Positions 1 through 9,925 of a stretch of DNA of 32,000 nt are shown piece after piece; the stretch's first letter is position 1; each line of letters opens with the position of its first letter. The stretch lies in assembly GCA_002716355.1 (NCBI GenBank), contig PBAU01000002.1, positions 64,000-95,999 of the forward strand, given 5' to 3'. The DNA is from a bacterium (GTDB lineage: Bacteria; UBP7; UBA6624). Both the position numbers and the translations under genes were made by a program. The notes under the pieces were generated by a model, which had not been told where the DNA came from, ran no database searches, and worked only from the letters and a program-made list of their open reading frames with translations.

Positions 1-1037
1 GTGTATTCTTTATTCCAAATTCACCTTTTGATGCGCATGGTGGCCATTCTGCAGGTGCCATTGCCTGGGGTGTGACGTTAGCTTGGATTATCTTGGGTTT
101 ATTGTTATATGTCGGCCCATTTAGAAAGCTTCAACCAATGTCTAGATCCAGGATTGCAAGTCAAGATACCATTCATACGCCGCAAGGAAATAGCATATTG
201 CTTGCATTGCCAAATTCTAAAAATCAAAAACCTTTAACACATCTAGCTGCAAGCATTGCAAAAGCACAGGACAGTTTAATCCATATTGTTTCGATTGCAA
301 CCATACCAGAAACTACACCTTTAACTTTCGCTCCAAAAAAAGATATTCAAAAAAGACATGACTTAATCTCTTCCGCAAAGCAGGAGTTAGAGAAAAGTAA
401 GGTGAAAATTAACAGCAGTGTTGTGGTTGGAAGGCACCCTGCTGCAGTGATATGCAATGTCGCAGATTTAAGAGGTTCTGATTTGGTTTTAATGGGCTGG
501 AGAGGCGGTAAAAAGAAAAAAGGGTTGTTTCTTGGAGACACCCTTGACAGGGTTTTGGCTGATTCCTCTAAAACTCTTGCAATATTAAAACAAGGTAAAG
601 AAACTGAATATAAGAATGTTACTGTGGCTGTAGGTTATGGACCAAATACACAAAAATCAATTGAAATTGGGGCAAGAATCGTTTCGTCTAATCAAGGCTG
701 CCTTACACTGTTAGCCGTTGCAAAAAATGCCGATGAAAAAGATTTTGCTAAAAAAAGGTTGCAGGCATCAGCAATAGAAATTCAGTCAGTGTATAAGGAC
801 TTAAAGGTGGTTCAGAGCATAATTAAATCATCCTCGATTAAGAAATCAATTATTAAATCATCCAAAGAAAGCGATCTTTTGATCTTAGGGGCAAGTGTAA
901 ATGGTGTTTTGGATAAAGCCAGACTTGGAAATATCCAAGAAAGCATTGCAAGAGAGTCCAAAGGCAGTGTTTTAACTATTAGAGCGCCTGAGGGAAGGGT
1001 GAAAAGATGGTTACATAGGTTATTAAACGATGAATAA
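1..1037 (+). CDS. Partial CDS (5' end outside the window): last transmembrane segment of a permease-type membrane protein fused to two universal stress protein (UspA-like) domains
   Basis: The frame of the 72..1037 ORF stays open back to position 3 (VFFIPNSPFDAHGGHSAGAIAWGVTLAWIILGLLLYVGPF, hydrophobic). Two Usp-like modules are present, each with the nucleotide-binding-type motif (DLVLMGWRGGKKKKGLFLGDTLDRVL and DLLILGASVNGVLDKARLGNIQESI). The transporter family of the missing N-terminus cannot be determined. Confidence 0.7.
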   Translation, partial: VFFIPNSPFDAHGGHSAGAIAWGVTLAWIILGLLLYVGPFRKLQPMSRSRIASQDTIHTPQGNSILLALPNSKNQKPLTHLAASIAKAQDSLIHIVSIATIPETTPLTFAPKKDIQKRHDLISSAKQELEKSKVKINSSVVVGRHPAAVICNVADLRGSDLVLMGWRGGKKKKGLFLGDTLDRVLADSSKTLAILKQGKETEYKNVTVAVGYGPNTQKSIEIGARIVSSNQGCLTLLAVAKNADEKDFAKKRLQASAIEIQSVYKDLKVVQSIIKSSSIKKSIIKSSKESDLLILGASVNGVLDKARLGNIQESIARESKGSVLTIRAPEGRVKRWLHRLLNDE

Positions 1038-2079
1038 AAAAATATTATTTTTGCTGATTGGGTTTTTTGGTTTTTTTGGCTGCTACAAACCAACAATACC
1101 ATGGCAGATAACAGCCTCATCCATTGTTGACACAGGCCAACATGTAAGGGCAGCTGTTAACTGGAAAGGCGGGCCTGATGGAACACCAATCAATATCACT
1201 GTTATTTATGAGTTAAATATTGATGATAATCAAACAAATTGGCAGCCTATAGCTAGACACGATAATTGGAAAAATGTACAAAGTATTGATTTTTCAGAAG
1301 ACGGAAGCTTTGTCGTTTTGGCAGCTGATTCTAAAAATCGAGATATTTGGATTTGGGAAATAGGGAAACTACCGGTAGAGTTCACATCCAATAAAGATAT
1401 AGAGGGTGATGTTACCTTGATTCAGGATTCGATTGCTTTTAGAAAAAAAGAAGGCAAGGCCCATAATTTATTTGTCAAATCGTTAAATGGCCTTGATAAC
1501 AAAAGGTTAACCAATGGTAGCTCAACACGTTGGAATCTGAAAGCTTCAGAAAGAGAAGAGGGTGTTGTTCTTTTGCATAATGTTAGATCGAGAATGAATA
1601 TAGGTTTGTCTACTGTAGGAATTGATGGTTCTAAGCCACAACGTGTTTTTGATGAGGATGGACCTGAGGTTTCTTTTGATATTGCGGGAAACTATGTTGT
1701 TTTTTCCAATGAAAATAATTGGTTTTTGTGCTCTCCTGAAGCGGGAATGGATTTTTCAAACCCCGTATGTATCAAAAATGACGCCCCATCTGCTTTCGGT
1801 TGGATTGGGGATGTTTTCATAATTAATCAGGATCTTTATGGTGGGATAGTGGCAGATGAATCTTCGCCTAATGGTAATATTTTGTTATATGTTTTTAATA
1901 ATCAGATTTATGAATTTGCTTATGAGAATAATGTAATTAAACATGTGAAATCAGAAGGAGACAAGCTAAGTTTAAGCATCAACAACCCTATGTTTGGTGA
2001 TTTTTTTGCCATCCTTAAAATGGGTGAATTTGAACTTGAAGAACTTCCAGTTATTTACGCACCTGAATCTGATAGTTGA
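1030..2079 (+). CDS. Lipoprotein of unknown function (possibly beta-propeller-like)
   Basis: 349-aa ORF. N-terminal signal peptide with lipobox (LLIGFFGFFGC). The ATG overlaps the upstream stop (ATGAATAA), suggesting translational coupling. I recognise no family motif. Confidence 0.7.
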   Translation: MNKKILFLLIGFFGFFGCYKPTIPWQITASSIVDTGQHVRAAVNWKGGPDGTPINITVIYELNIDDNQTNWQPIARHDNWKNVQSIDFSEDGSFVVLAADSKNRDIWIWEIGKLPVEFTSNKDIEGDVTLIQDSIAFRKKEGKAHNLFVKSLNGLDNKRLTNGSSTRWNLKASEREEGVVLLHNVRSRMNIGLSTVGIDGSKPQRVFDEDGPEVSFDIAGNYVVFSNENNWFLCSPEAGMDFSNPVCIKNDAPSAFGWIGDVFIINQDLYGGIVADESSPNGNILLYVFNNQIYEFAYENNVIKHVKSEGDKLSLSINNPMFGDFFAILKMGEFELEELPVIYAPESDS

Positions 2080-3005
2080 TTTTTCAACGCCAACGTCTTA
2101 AGGTGCTGCCTAAGTATTGGCTTGGGGTAATTAGATAATATTTTTAAACTCCATCCGTCTGTTATCTCCGGTAAATCCATAAGCCATCCATCCAAATCAA
2201 GATCAAAAGATTTTTTAATTATTTTAAAATTTTCACTTTTTAAACCATGTTGAAAGTAAACCATATAAATATAAGCATCTTTCTCTTTTGAAAGGTAACT
2301 CACGAAGGCGCCTTTTGTTTCTTCCTCTTCGAGTTTGTGGGTGTTTAAATAAAATGTCCTTTGCCTTGTCGTCCCCAGTATTTCCTCAGGAAGAAAAAAA
2401 TCCTTTTTTGTGGTTTTCGTGGTAATTTTATAATTATTATTATTTTCAGGAGCCACAAATAAATCATCGTTTAACTCTTCTTCATTGATGCTGATCTCAA
2501 TAACATCAGTCAACGAATAACCTTCATTCAGCGTAACCCTCTCCCTTTTCATTGGCAGCTTGTATTCTTTATGTAGCCAGTAGGTTGTCTTGAAGCCTTG
2601 CTCTTCAAAATATGTATTGGAGTTTGAAATTGTCACAATCTCAACATCATTAAAAATGTCCTCTTTTTTTATCCATTGGTCATCATCTGGAGATATTTCT
2701 GCCACTTTGCCCCACACATGCCCAGGCTTTAAAAGGTTAAAGATTTCTTTGTTTCCCGGGAATAGAGCTTTTTCGAAAAAGATGTTTGTATTTATGTCTT
2801 GCAAAACATAGACATTGCCATCTTCCCTAAGTAGAAAAAATTCATTTTTTTTCTCTTCTAAACGAATGGAATTATTTTTTGCAAAGTAACGAAGTTCATT
2901 TTTCTCAATTGTTGTTTTTTGATTTTTTTTGTAAAAGTTTATTTCACCATAAAAGGAATTTTCAACCTGGAACACACTCAGCAGAATCAGGAGAAGCCCA
3001 ATCAT
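2055..3005 (-). CDS. Secreted/periplasmic protein of unknown function; positional analogue of RseB in a sigma/anti-sigma operon
   Basis: 316-aa ORF with a hydrophobic N-terminus (MIGLLLILLSVF). Its start codon directly abuts the stop of the putative anti-sigma gene (3006/3005). The function is inferred from position only. Confidence 0.6.
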   Translation of the reverse strand: MIGLLLILLSVFQVENSFYGEINFYKKNQKTTIEKNELRYFAKNNSIRLEEKKNEFFLLREDGNVYVLQDINTNIFFEKALFPGNKEIFNLLKPGHVWGKVAEISPDDDQWIKKEDIFNDVEIVTISNSNTYFEEQGFKTTYWLHKEYKLPMKRERVTLNEGYSLTDVIEISINEEELNDDLFVAPENNNNYKITTKTTKKDFFLPEEILGTTRQRTFYLNTHKLEEEETKGAFVSYLSKEKDAYIYMVYFQHGLKSENFKIIKKSFDLDLDGWLMDLPEITDGWSLKILSNYPKPILRQHLKTLALKNQLSDSGA

Positions 3006-3437
3006 CTATGTTAAAAAGGGATCTTCAAGTAGTAATGTATTGAAGTCGGAAACGCCACCGCTCAGGCCTGTTTGCGAAGCTTGCTCAACTTTGTTTAGAC
3101 TGTTGGCCATGTCAGTGTTATTTCGAAAAGTATCACGCACATAACCCCATCCAAAATAGGAAATCGACATTAGGCATATTGCCAATGTGGAAAAAGACAC
3201 GCCGGCAAATGAGTTAATGGCCAATTTTCTTTGTTGAATTTTTATTTTTTGATCAACTATACCAAAAATGTCAATTTTGGAATTTTTTGTCATGCCGGAC
3301 AATTCTGGAACTTTTGGCTTCTCGTTTTCAATCAAATCACACAAGATGTCTTTGACCCTTTTGGGCTTTTTCTGGCCCTGGAGACCCTTTCTGACCTCAG
3401 CCAGGAAAGCTTTATTTCTATTTTCTGAAAAAAACAT
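3006..3437 (-). CDS. Putative membrane-anchored anti-sigma factor (non-ZAS type)
   Basis: 143 aa with a single predicted TM helix (FAGVSFSTLAICLMSISYFGWGY). It starts 3 nt after the ECF sigma stop. No HxxxCxxC zinc motif is present. The call rests on the conserved sigma/anti-sigma gene order. Confidence 0.5.
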   Translation of the reverse strand: MFFSENRNKAFLAEVRKGLQGQKKPKRVKDILCDLIENEKPKVPELSGMTKNSKIDIFGIVDQKIKIQQRKLAINSFAGVSFSTLAICLMSISYFGWGYVRDTFRNNTDMANSLNKVEQASQTGLSGGVSDFNTLLLEDPFLT

Positions 3438-3440
3438 TAT

Positions 3441-4031
3441 TTATTTATTATCCATATATTGTTTAAATTTTAATCTCGCTTTATGTATTCGCATCTTTAC
3501 AGCAACAACAGAGCAGCCCAATATTTCGGCCACATCCAAGTAGCTTAATTCCGCCTGAACGGCAAGCATTAAGGCCTCTCGCAAATGAACAGGTAGCTTC
3601 ATGAGTACGATTCCAATTTTTTCAGCTTGATCCTGTTGGTTCAGCACTTGTTCGGGATTGAATTCTCGAGGGTCGCTTGGGTCAAAGGCGTTGTTTTCCG
3701 AATCATTGGTGTTAAATAGACCTTCAATAGATCCCGGTCTTTTGTTTTGGGAGGTCAGTAACGTGTTGCCCTGGTTTCTGGCTATTGTGAAAAGCCATGT
3801 TTTGAATTTTTGTTTTGTGTTAAATTTTTTAGCATATTTCCACACTCTAAAAAACGACTCCGCCGCAGCTCCTTCCGCTGTGGCTGGGTCTTTGATGTAT
3901 ATGCTCAAAAAGTTAAAGAGTGGCCCCTGGTATCTTTCGACAAGCTCATTCAAGGCATCATGATTGTTCTTTGCAACTAGCTCCATCAGTTTTTCATCCG
4001 TATATCCATTTAAAGCCATACTAGGCTCCAT
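3441..4031 (-). CDS. RNA polymerase ECF-type sigma-70 family factor
   Basis: Region 2 signature (LFNFLSIYIKDPATAEGAAAESFFRVWKYAKKF...FKTWLFTIARNQ) and region 4 HTH (LREALMLAVQAELSYLDVAEILGCSVVAVKMRIHKARLKF). The ~190 aa size is typical of ECF sigmas. An alternative start is M5 at 4019. Confidence 0.9.
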   Translation of the reverse strand: MEPSMALNGYTDEKLMELVAKNNHDALNELVERYQGPLFNFLSIYIKDPATAEGAAAESFFRVWKYAKKFNTKQKFKTWLFTIARNQGNTLLTSQNKRPGSIEGLFNTNDSENNAFDPSDPREFNPEQVLNQQDQAEKIGIVLMKLPVHLREALMLAVQAELSYLDVAEILGCSVVAVKMRIHKARLKFKQYMDNK

Positions 4032-4032
4032 C

Positions 4033-4061
4033 TTATACTCATTCAGGCCGGGGTTTGTTTC
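4033..4061 (-). promoter_or_regulatory. Candidate ECF-type (sigma-W-like) autoregulatory promoter, GAAAC-N18-GTATAA
   Basis: Minus-strand sequence tccaaGAAACaaaccccggcctgaatgaGTATAAgATG. The same two elements at identical 18-nt spacing recur at 31951..31979. It resembles the B. subtilis sigma-W consensus TGAAAC-N16-CGTATA but is one nt longer. Confidence 0.4.
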
Positions 4062-4101
4062 TTGGAAATGTAGGTTTGATGAACTTGATTAAAAATTTCT
4101 A

Positions 4102-5463
4102 TCAATTATATTCTGGCTCTCTTATTGAAACTACAAATTCTTGTGTTGTCGTGGTGACTAATCTTGAATAGCCAATACGGAACCCATAATCTCCATGTTG
4201 TGAAAGGTTGCCATCAAATGACGGTTGCATGTTGATTGGCATGTCATCCATGCCAGAACCTGTAAAACTGATAAGCATGTCGCCACTCCAAAGGCTATTT
4301 ATTGAAAATCTGTGATGCAGCTTGAATGTGTTTGTTGCATTATGCTCCCCATGCTCCCACCAAAAAATATGCTTTCTGCCACTTGTCTCAATTGCGAGGG
4401 ATATTTGTGCTGATCTCAAGTTTATGGGAGCGTAAGCCATACCGATCCCCTCTCTCTCTGGTCCAGCTGTCCATGGGTTTGCGGGTGACCATTCTTTGTA
4501 AACGATTTGCTCAGTAGAGTCATTTTGGTAAACCAGTGTCAGTTTAGATGTGAAGGGATTGATCTCAAAGCCAAAAGACTCAGTGACATCTTCAGCAATG
4601 GGAGAATAAATAGCATCTGCACCACTCCATTGTGAGATTTGACCGCAAGCACTTACACAATGGTAAAGTTTTATTTTCTTTTTTCCGCTAGCTAGATCCA
4701 GATATCTGGCTGTTATATAGATTTTTGCACCGTTGGTTTTTAAAATTGGCGAACTGCCGACATATGACTGCAATGTGCCACCGCCATCAATAGACACTGG
4801 AGCATTCCAATCTGTAAAATCATAGGGGTTTGCTTGTAAATTTGCTAGCGGGTAGTCCATAAAGTTTAATCCCATATTAATTGGGTTGCCTAAATCGTCA
4901 AAACTTTCTTGCCAGGCCAGAAGAAGAGTGTTGTTTGTTGTGTCAATCGCAGCAGTTGGGGCCCCACCACCTACTGTGTTTGACAAACTAGACCCACAAC
5001 CTTGCAAGCTACCTCCTGTTGACCAAGTTCCATCCCAGCACCAATACGTTACATAAGTGTCAGCAGTTGGAATATCCTCAGTTGCAAAAATATGCAGTAC
5101 TCCACTATTTACTGAGTTATAAACTGAATTGTTATTATCGATAATTGCAGTCACCCCACTACATCCAATACCACCTCCAATTGTCATTTTTTCGGTTGTG
5201 CTAAAGCTCCCTGAGATGTCTTTGTAGATTTCAAGCTGACCGACACTCAGGCCACTTGAGTTGCACGCTAAAAGATAATTATTACCCTGAAAATCATAAA
5301 TATAATGAGTTTCAGAATAGACTGCAGGAGTTTGGGAAGTTGGTGCAACTGAAAGATCTTGACCGTTATATGCTATTGGGTGTGTTGCGTTTGAATTGTT
5401 GTTACCGCCACATGCGGATATTGCGATAATTAAAATTGGTAAAAGTTTAATAATTTTTTTCAT
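4102..5463 (-). CDS. Lipoprotein of unknown function (Gly/Trp/Cys-rich, probably beta-rich extracytoplasmic protein)
   Basis: 453-aa ORF. Signal peptide plus lipobox (LIIAISACGG). It starts 5 nt downstream of the hutI stop and lies upstream of the ECF sigma gene on the same strand. Confidence 0.75.
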   Translation of the reverse strand: MKKIIKLLPILIIAISACGGNNNSNATHPIAYNGQDLSVAPTSQTPAVYSETHYIYDFQGNNYLLACNSSGLSVGQLEIYKDISGSFSTTEKMTIGGGIGCSGVTAIIDNNNSVYNSVNSGVLHIFATEDIPTADTYVTYWCWDGTWSTGGSLQGCGSSLSNTVGGGAPTAAIDTTNNTLLLAWQESFDDLGNPINMGLNFMDYPLANLQANPYDFTDWNAPVSIDGGGTLQSYVGSSPILKTNGAKIYITARYLDLASGKKKIKLYHCVSACGQISQWSGADAIYSPIAEDVTESFGFEINPFTSKLTLVYQNDSTEQIVYKEWSPANPWTAGPEREGIGMAYAPINLRSAQISLAIETSGRKHIFWWEHGEHNATNTFKLHHRFSINSLWSGDMLISFTGSGMDDMPINMQPSFDGNLSQHGDYGFRIGYSRLVTTTTQEFVVSIREPEYN

Positions 5464-5468
5464 AATAT

Positions 5469-6695
5469 TTAGTTTACCACTTTCTTGCCTTCAACAAACA
5501 GCATCTTCAGTTTGTTATTTTTTTCAAAAAATTTATCAATATTGTTTTTCCACACACCCAAATCGGCAATATAGCCTTTTTTGATTTTTCCAATTTTGGT
5601 CAAACCTATAGTTTTGGCAGGAATAGATGTGATTGATTTCAAAATTTCTTCATTTGTCATATTCAAGTCTCGCAAGGCCAGCCTTCCAATGTCTAATAAG
5701 GATGTGCAAAAAGACGAACCTGCATTCAGGTCTGTTGCCAAAAACACTTCAACACCAGAGTCAATTAAAAATCTTGCATTTGGCTGGATGTTGGTGTCAA
5801 GTTCAATATTGCACATGGGTAAAATCCCAACCACAATTCCACTTTCAGATAGCTTTTCTACATCACCAGTTTTTAAATGTTCAGCATGATCAATTGATGA
5901 TGCTCCATATCTGACCGCAATGTCAACTCCATTCATTTCTGAAAATTGACCTGCATGCAATGTTATCTGATAGCCAAGTGAGCAAGCATGAGAGAGAAGG
6001 AATTCAGTTTCCTCTTGGGAGAATGCGCCACTCTCTAAAAAGACATCAAATCTATTTGTTAGATTTTCTTGTCGTGCGATTTTAGCAGTATCTACCACTT
6101 CTTCAAGATATTCCTTTCTGTTTTTTTCATCTGGAACTGTATGTGCCATTAGCAATGTTGGGACTATTCGTGTTTTGTTCTCTTTTGACCATTCCGCATA
6201 TAGCCTTAAATGGTTTAATTCATCTTTTTTAGATAAACCATAACCAGTTTTTACCTCTATTGTTGTTGTGCCAGTCGCTTGCATTTTTAAAAATCTTGTA
6301 TCCATGAGTTTCTTAAGTTGTCTATTTGATGATTCACAAGTTTTTTGAACTGTATACTTGATCCCGCCACCTGCCTTCAGGATATCAATATAAGAGGCAC
6401 CCTGTTTGCGCATTTCTTTTTCAAAATGTCGATTGCCTGCATGGAGAATATGGGTGTGTGCATCCACCAAGCCAGGCGTAATGAAGGATGCTCCAAGGTC
6501 GATATGTTCCATATTTGCACCTTGCAACAATGACTGTCTGGCTTTCTCACCAGAACCGTGATTGTGAATAAGGCCATTTTTGACATGTATGGAATTAGGG
6601 CCTGGCACAATCCTTTCGCCATCCCATACATTGCCGCTTGTTGTTAGAAGGTATTCCACATAAGAATCATATTGTCGCATTGTAGAATTTTTCAT
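5469..6695 (-). CDS. hutI: Imidazolonepropionase (amidohydrolase superfamily), histidine utilisation
   Basis: HutI-type metal-binding motif ITPGLVDAHTHILHAGNR and overall HutI-like length. The longest ORF runs to 6722 but would overlap the divergent gene. In-frame ATGs at 6695 and 6680 are more plausible starts, so the start is uncertain. Confidence 0.88.
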   Translation of the reverse strand: MKNSTMRQYDSYVEYLLTTSGNVWDGERIVPGPNSIHVKNGLIHNHGSGEKARQSLLQGANMEHIDLGASFITPGLVDAHTHILHAGNRHFEKEMRKQGASYIDILKAGGGIKYTVQKTCESSNRQLKKLMDTRFLKMQATGTTTIEVKTGYGLSKKDELNHLRLYAEWSKENKTRIVPTLLMAHTVPDEKNRKEYLEEVVDTAKIARQENLTNRFDVFLESGAFSQEETEFLLSHACSLGYQITLHAGQFSEMNGVDIAVRYGASSIDHAEHLKTGDVEKLSESGIVVGILPMCNIELDTNIQPNARFLIDSGVEVFLATDLNAGSSFCTSLLDIGRLALRDLNMTNEEILKSITSIPAKTIGLTKIGKIKKGYIADLGVWKNNIDKFFEKNNKLKMLFVEGKKVVN

Positions 6696-6696
6696 T

Positions 6697-8199
6697 ATGA
6701 ATCCAAAAAAAGCTTTTTCCAAATTAAAAAAAATATCAGAAGACTCTCATGCAATTAGCGACGTAAGTGCAATTGTGAGCTGGGACCAGGAGGTAAACAT
6801 GCCTCCAAAAGGTTTAGAGAACAGGGGCAGAATGATGTCCTGGCTTGCACAGCAAAGACACAAAAATGCAACTAATCCAGAGATTGGAGAGGCCTTGGAA
6901 ACAACCCGTTCTGGTGACTGGAACGAAAAGGAAAAAGCTTGCTTGAGGGAATGGCAAAGAGGTTGGGACCTTTCAACCAAGATACCGGCTGACTTGGTTC
7001 AAAGAGCAGCACTGGCTTCAGTCAAGGGGCATGAATCATGGAAGTCTGCCAGGGAGAAGAATGATTTTTCCATTTTTAGAGATGATCTAAAAGAGCTTAT
7101 TGACCTCAGCAAAGAACGAGCCGAATGTATTGGTTATACAACTGAATCCTATGATGCGCTTTTGGACATGTACCAAGCTGGCATGAATGTTCAAGGTATT
7201 GATGCATTATTTACAAATTTAAAAAACAAATTAACCCCTTTATTGGAGGAAATTCTTGATTGGCAGGGAGAGATTGAGGATGATCCTGTTGCAGGTCATT
7301 ACTCACAAGAAGAGCAGAAAAAATTCTGTGAGTGGGGTGCAAAGCATATCGGTTTTGATTTTGATGCAGGCAGGATTGACACTGCAGTACATCCATTTTG
7401 CTCTGGTGCTGGACCAGGTGACATAAGGCTTACAACAAGATACAATCTTGAAAATCCTTTTGACTCTTTCTTTGGTTCATTGCATGAAACTGGTCATGGA
7501 CTTTACGAACAGGGCTTACCTTCAGGAAAGGATGAGTATGGAACACCATTGAGTGAATCTGTTTCATTAGGCATTCATGAAAGTCAATCTTTATTCTGGG
7601 AATCAATTGTTGGCCAAAGTCCCGAATTTTGGGAATACGTGCTTCCTTTTTTCAAAGAGCACTTCCCCGGCAGGGCTGATTCGGTCACACATGCACAAAT
7701 CGTCAGGAGGACAAACAAGGTTTCAAGATCACTCATTAGGGTTGAAGCAGACGAGGTTACATATCCGCTTCATGTTATTTTGCGATTCGAAATCGAGAGG
7801 GATATTTTTAGAGGTAATTTATCTGTAGACGATTTGCCTGACGCTTGGAACCAAAAGATGCAAGAGCTTATTGGTGTAACTCCACCCAACAACACTTTGG
7901 GCGTGCTGCAGGATGTGCATTGGTCAATGGGTGGTTTTGGGTACTTCCCAACTTATGCTCTCGGCAGGCTGTATTCAGCTCAATTCACAGAAACACTTTC
8001 CAAGGATGTTCCAAGCTGGAAAGATGATATGGCTAAAGGTGATTGTTCTCCAGCTTTGGAATGGTCACGAAAAAATATTCATTCAAGAGGTTCAATTTAC
8101 AGAACTGAACAATTGATTGAAAAAGTGACAGGCACACCACCAAGTGAAGAGCCATTCTTGAATTATTTAAGAAAGAAATATAAGTCGATTTTTAGTTAG
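6697..8199 (+). CDS. Carboxypeptidase Taq-type metallopeptidase (family M32)
   Basis: HEXXH motif ([13 protein letters not shown]), the HPF motif (AVHPFCSG), HESQS, and [21 protein letters not shown], all typical of M32. 500 aa. Confidence 0.9.
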   Translation: MNPKKAFSKLKKISEDSHAISDVSAIVSWDQEVNMPPKGLENRGRMMSWLAQQRHKNATNPEIGEALETTRSGDWNEKEKACLREWQRGWDLSTKIPADLVQRAALASVKGHESWKSAREKNDFSIFRDDLKELIDLSKERAECIGYTTESYDALLDMYQAGMNVQGIDALFTNLKNKLTPLLEEILDWQGEIEDDPVAGHYSQEEQKKFCEWGAKHIGFDFDAGRIDTAVHPFCSGAGPGDIRLTTRYNLENPFDSFFGSLHETGHGLYEQGLPSGKDEYGTPLSESVSLGIHESQSLFWESIVGQSPEFWEYVLPFFKEHFPGRADSVTHAQIVRRTNKVSRSLIRVEADEVTYPLHVILRFEIERDIFRGNLSVDDLPDAWNQKMQELIGVTPPNNTLGVLQDVHWSMGGFGYFPTYALGRLYSAQFTETLSKDVPSWKDDMAKGDCSPALEWSRKNIHSRGSIYRTEQLIEKVTGTPPSEEPFLNYLRKKYKSIFS

Positions 8200-9925
8200 C
8201 TAAGTCGATATTCATGTCAGAAGCATTTTGTATAGCGTCTTCATAACCTGCATCTGCATGTCTTGCAACACCGATTCCAGGATCATTGGTTAAGACCCTG
8301 TCCAGTCTTTTTTCTTTAGATTTGGTCCCATCAGCAACAACCACCATTCCTGCATGCATAGACATGCCCGTTCCAACTCCGCCTCCACTGTGAAAAGACA
8401 CCCAGGAAGCCCCAGATGCTGCATTTAGCGCAAAATTCAATAATGGCCAATCTGCAACAGCATCCGACCCATCAGCCATTGCTTCTGTCTCCCTGCTAGG
8501 GCTTGCAACCGAACCAGTATCCAAATGATCTCTACCTATAACAATAGGGGCATCAAGGGTTTTGTTTTTGACCATGTCATTCATCGCTAAACCCGCTTTA
8601 GCGCGGTCTCCATATTTAAGCCAGCAAATCCTTGTAGGCATACCTTCAAAAGGCACTCTAGTTTGGGCTAATTTAATCCATTGTGCTAAAAATTTATCAT
8701 CCGGAAACAACTCCAGCATCCTTTTATCGGTTTTTTCTATATCTTTTTTGTTTCCAGATAATGCTGCCCACCTAAAAGGACCCATACCTTTTGAAAAAAG
8801 AGGCCTGATATAGGCCGGCAAAAAACCAGGATAAATATACTCATTCCCTTTTTTAACCTTTTTAAACCCAGCAAAATAAGCTTGATCCCTAAGGGCATTG
8901 CCATAATCAAAAGCAATTGATCCTCTTTTCTGCATGCCTAAAATTGCATCTACATGTTTCACTATGGTTTCTTGTGATTTTTTTGCATACTCTTTTGGAT
9001 CAGATGTTCTAAGTCTATTTAGATCACCAAGATCTCCTTCCGGCCAGTATGACAAAAGGTTATGAGCCGATGTTTGATCTGTAACTATATCGGGAATCTC
9101 ATCTCGTTTAAGCAATTCTGTGGCAACTGTAGCTATATTGCCAACAAGCCCAACAGATAAACCTTTACCCTGAAGCACAGCTTCATCTTTCCACTTCAAG
9201 GCCTCTTCAAGGCTGTCTGTTATTTTGTCACAGAAACCTTGCTTGACCTTTTTTTCAATTCGTTCTTTTAAAACCTCAACACATATGATGCATGCTCCAG
9301 CCATTGCGCCTGCAAGAGGTTGTGCGCCACTCATCCCACCAACCCCTCCTGTTAATATCCATCTATTTGTTAGGTCAGTGGTTCCATATTCTTTTTCTGC
9401 AAGGGCAACAAATGTTTGGTATGTTCCCTGCAGTATGCCCTGTGTGCCTATGTATATCCATGATCCAGCAGTCATTTGGCCATACATAAACAAACCTTTT
9501 CTATCCAACTCATTAAAGTGTTCGTCATTAGCCCAGTTCGGAACCAAATTGCTATTTGCAATAATTACCCTGGGTGCATCTTCATGTGTTTTCCCTACGT
9601 AAACTGCTTTACCACTTTGAACACAGAGTGTTTCGTCAGGCTGTAATCTTTTAAGAGTATCGAGTATCCGAGCATATTCCTTCCAATTTCTTGCTGCTCT
9701 TCCTGACCCTCCGTATACTATTAATTTTTCCCAATCTATAGCCACTCTTGGATCAAGATTATTTTGAAGCATCCTGTAAGCAGCTTCAATATCCCAATTT
9801 TTACATGTTTTAGATCTTCCAACCGGAGCGCTGGGTGGTTTGTTAGGCTTGGCATCCATAAACATAGGCCTGCCGTAAAGAGATTTTTCGTTAAATTTGT
9901 CTGCTTGAAAAAAGTTCATTCCCAA
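8192..9925 (-). CDS. hutU: Urocanate hydratase (urocanase)
   Basis: 577 aa with hallmark urocanase segments ([69 protein letters not shown]). Confidence 0.95.
   Translation of the reverse strand: MGMNFFQADKFNEKSLYGRPMFMDAKPNKPPSAPVGRSKTCKNWDIEAAYRMLQNNLDPRVAIDWEKLIVYGGSGRAARNWKEYARILDTLKRLQPDETLCVQSGKAVYVGKTHEDAPRVIIANSNLVPNWANDEHFNELDRKGLFMYGQMTAGSWIYIGTQGILQGTYQTFVALAEKEYGTTDLTNRWILTGGVGGMSGAQPLAGAMAGACIICVEVLKERIEKKVKQGFCDKITDSLEEALKWKDEAVLQGKGLSVGLVGNIATVATELLKRDEIPDIVTDQTSAHNLLSYWPEGDLGDLNRLRTSDPKEYAKKSQETIVKHVDAILGMQKRGSIAFDYGNALRDQAYFAGFKKVKKGNEYIYPGFLPAYIRPLFSKGMGPFRWAALSGNKKDIEKTDKRMLELFPDDKFLAQWIKLAQTRVPFEGMPTRICWLKYGDRAKAGLAMNDMVKNKTLDAPIVIGRDHLDTGSVASPSRETEAMADGSDAVADWPLLNFALNAASGASWVSFHSGGGVGTGMSMHAGMVVVADGTKSKEKRLDRVLTNDPGIGVARHADAGYEDAIQNASDMNIDLAN

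Noticed and set aside
815-870. Short direct repeat ATTAAATCATCC (twice), which gives SIIKSS..SIIKSS in the Usp-domain protein.
   Set aside because: It is a small in-frame low-complexity duplication within a linker. It is too short to be a repeat element or CRISPR-like array.
812-1120. 102-aa minus-strand ORF spanning the Usp / lipoprotein gene junction.
   Set aside because: It is antisense to two well-supported plus-strand genes, and I see no signal features or recognisable motifs in it.
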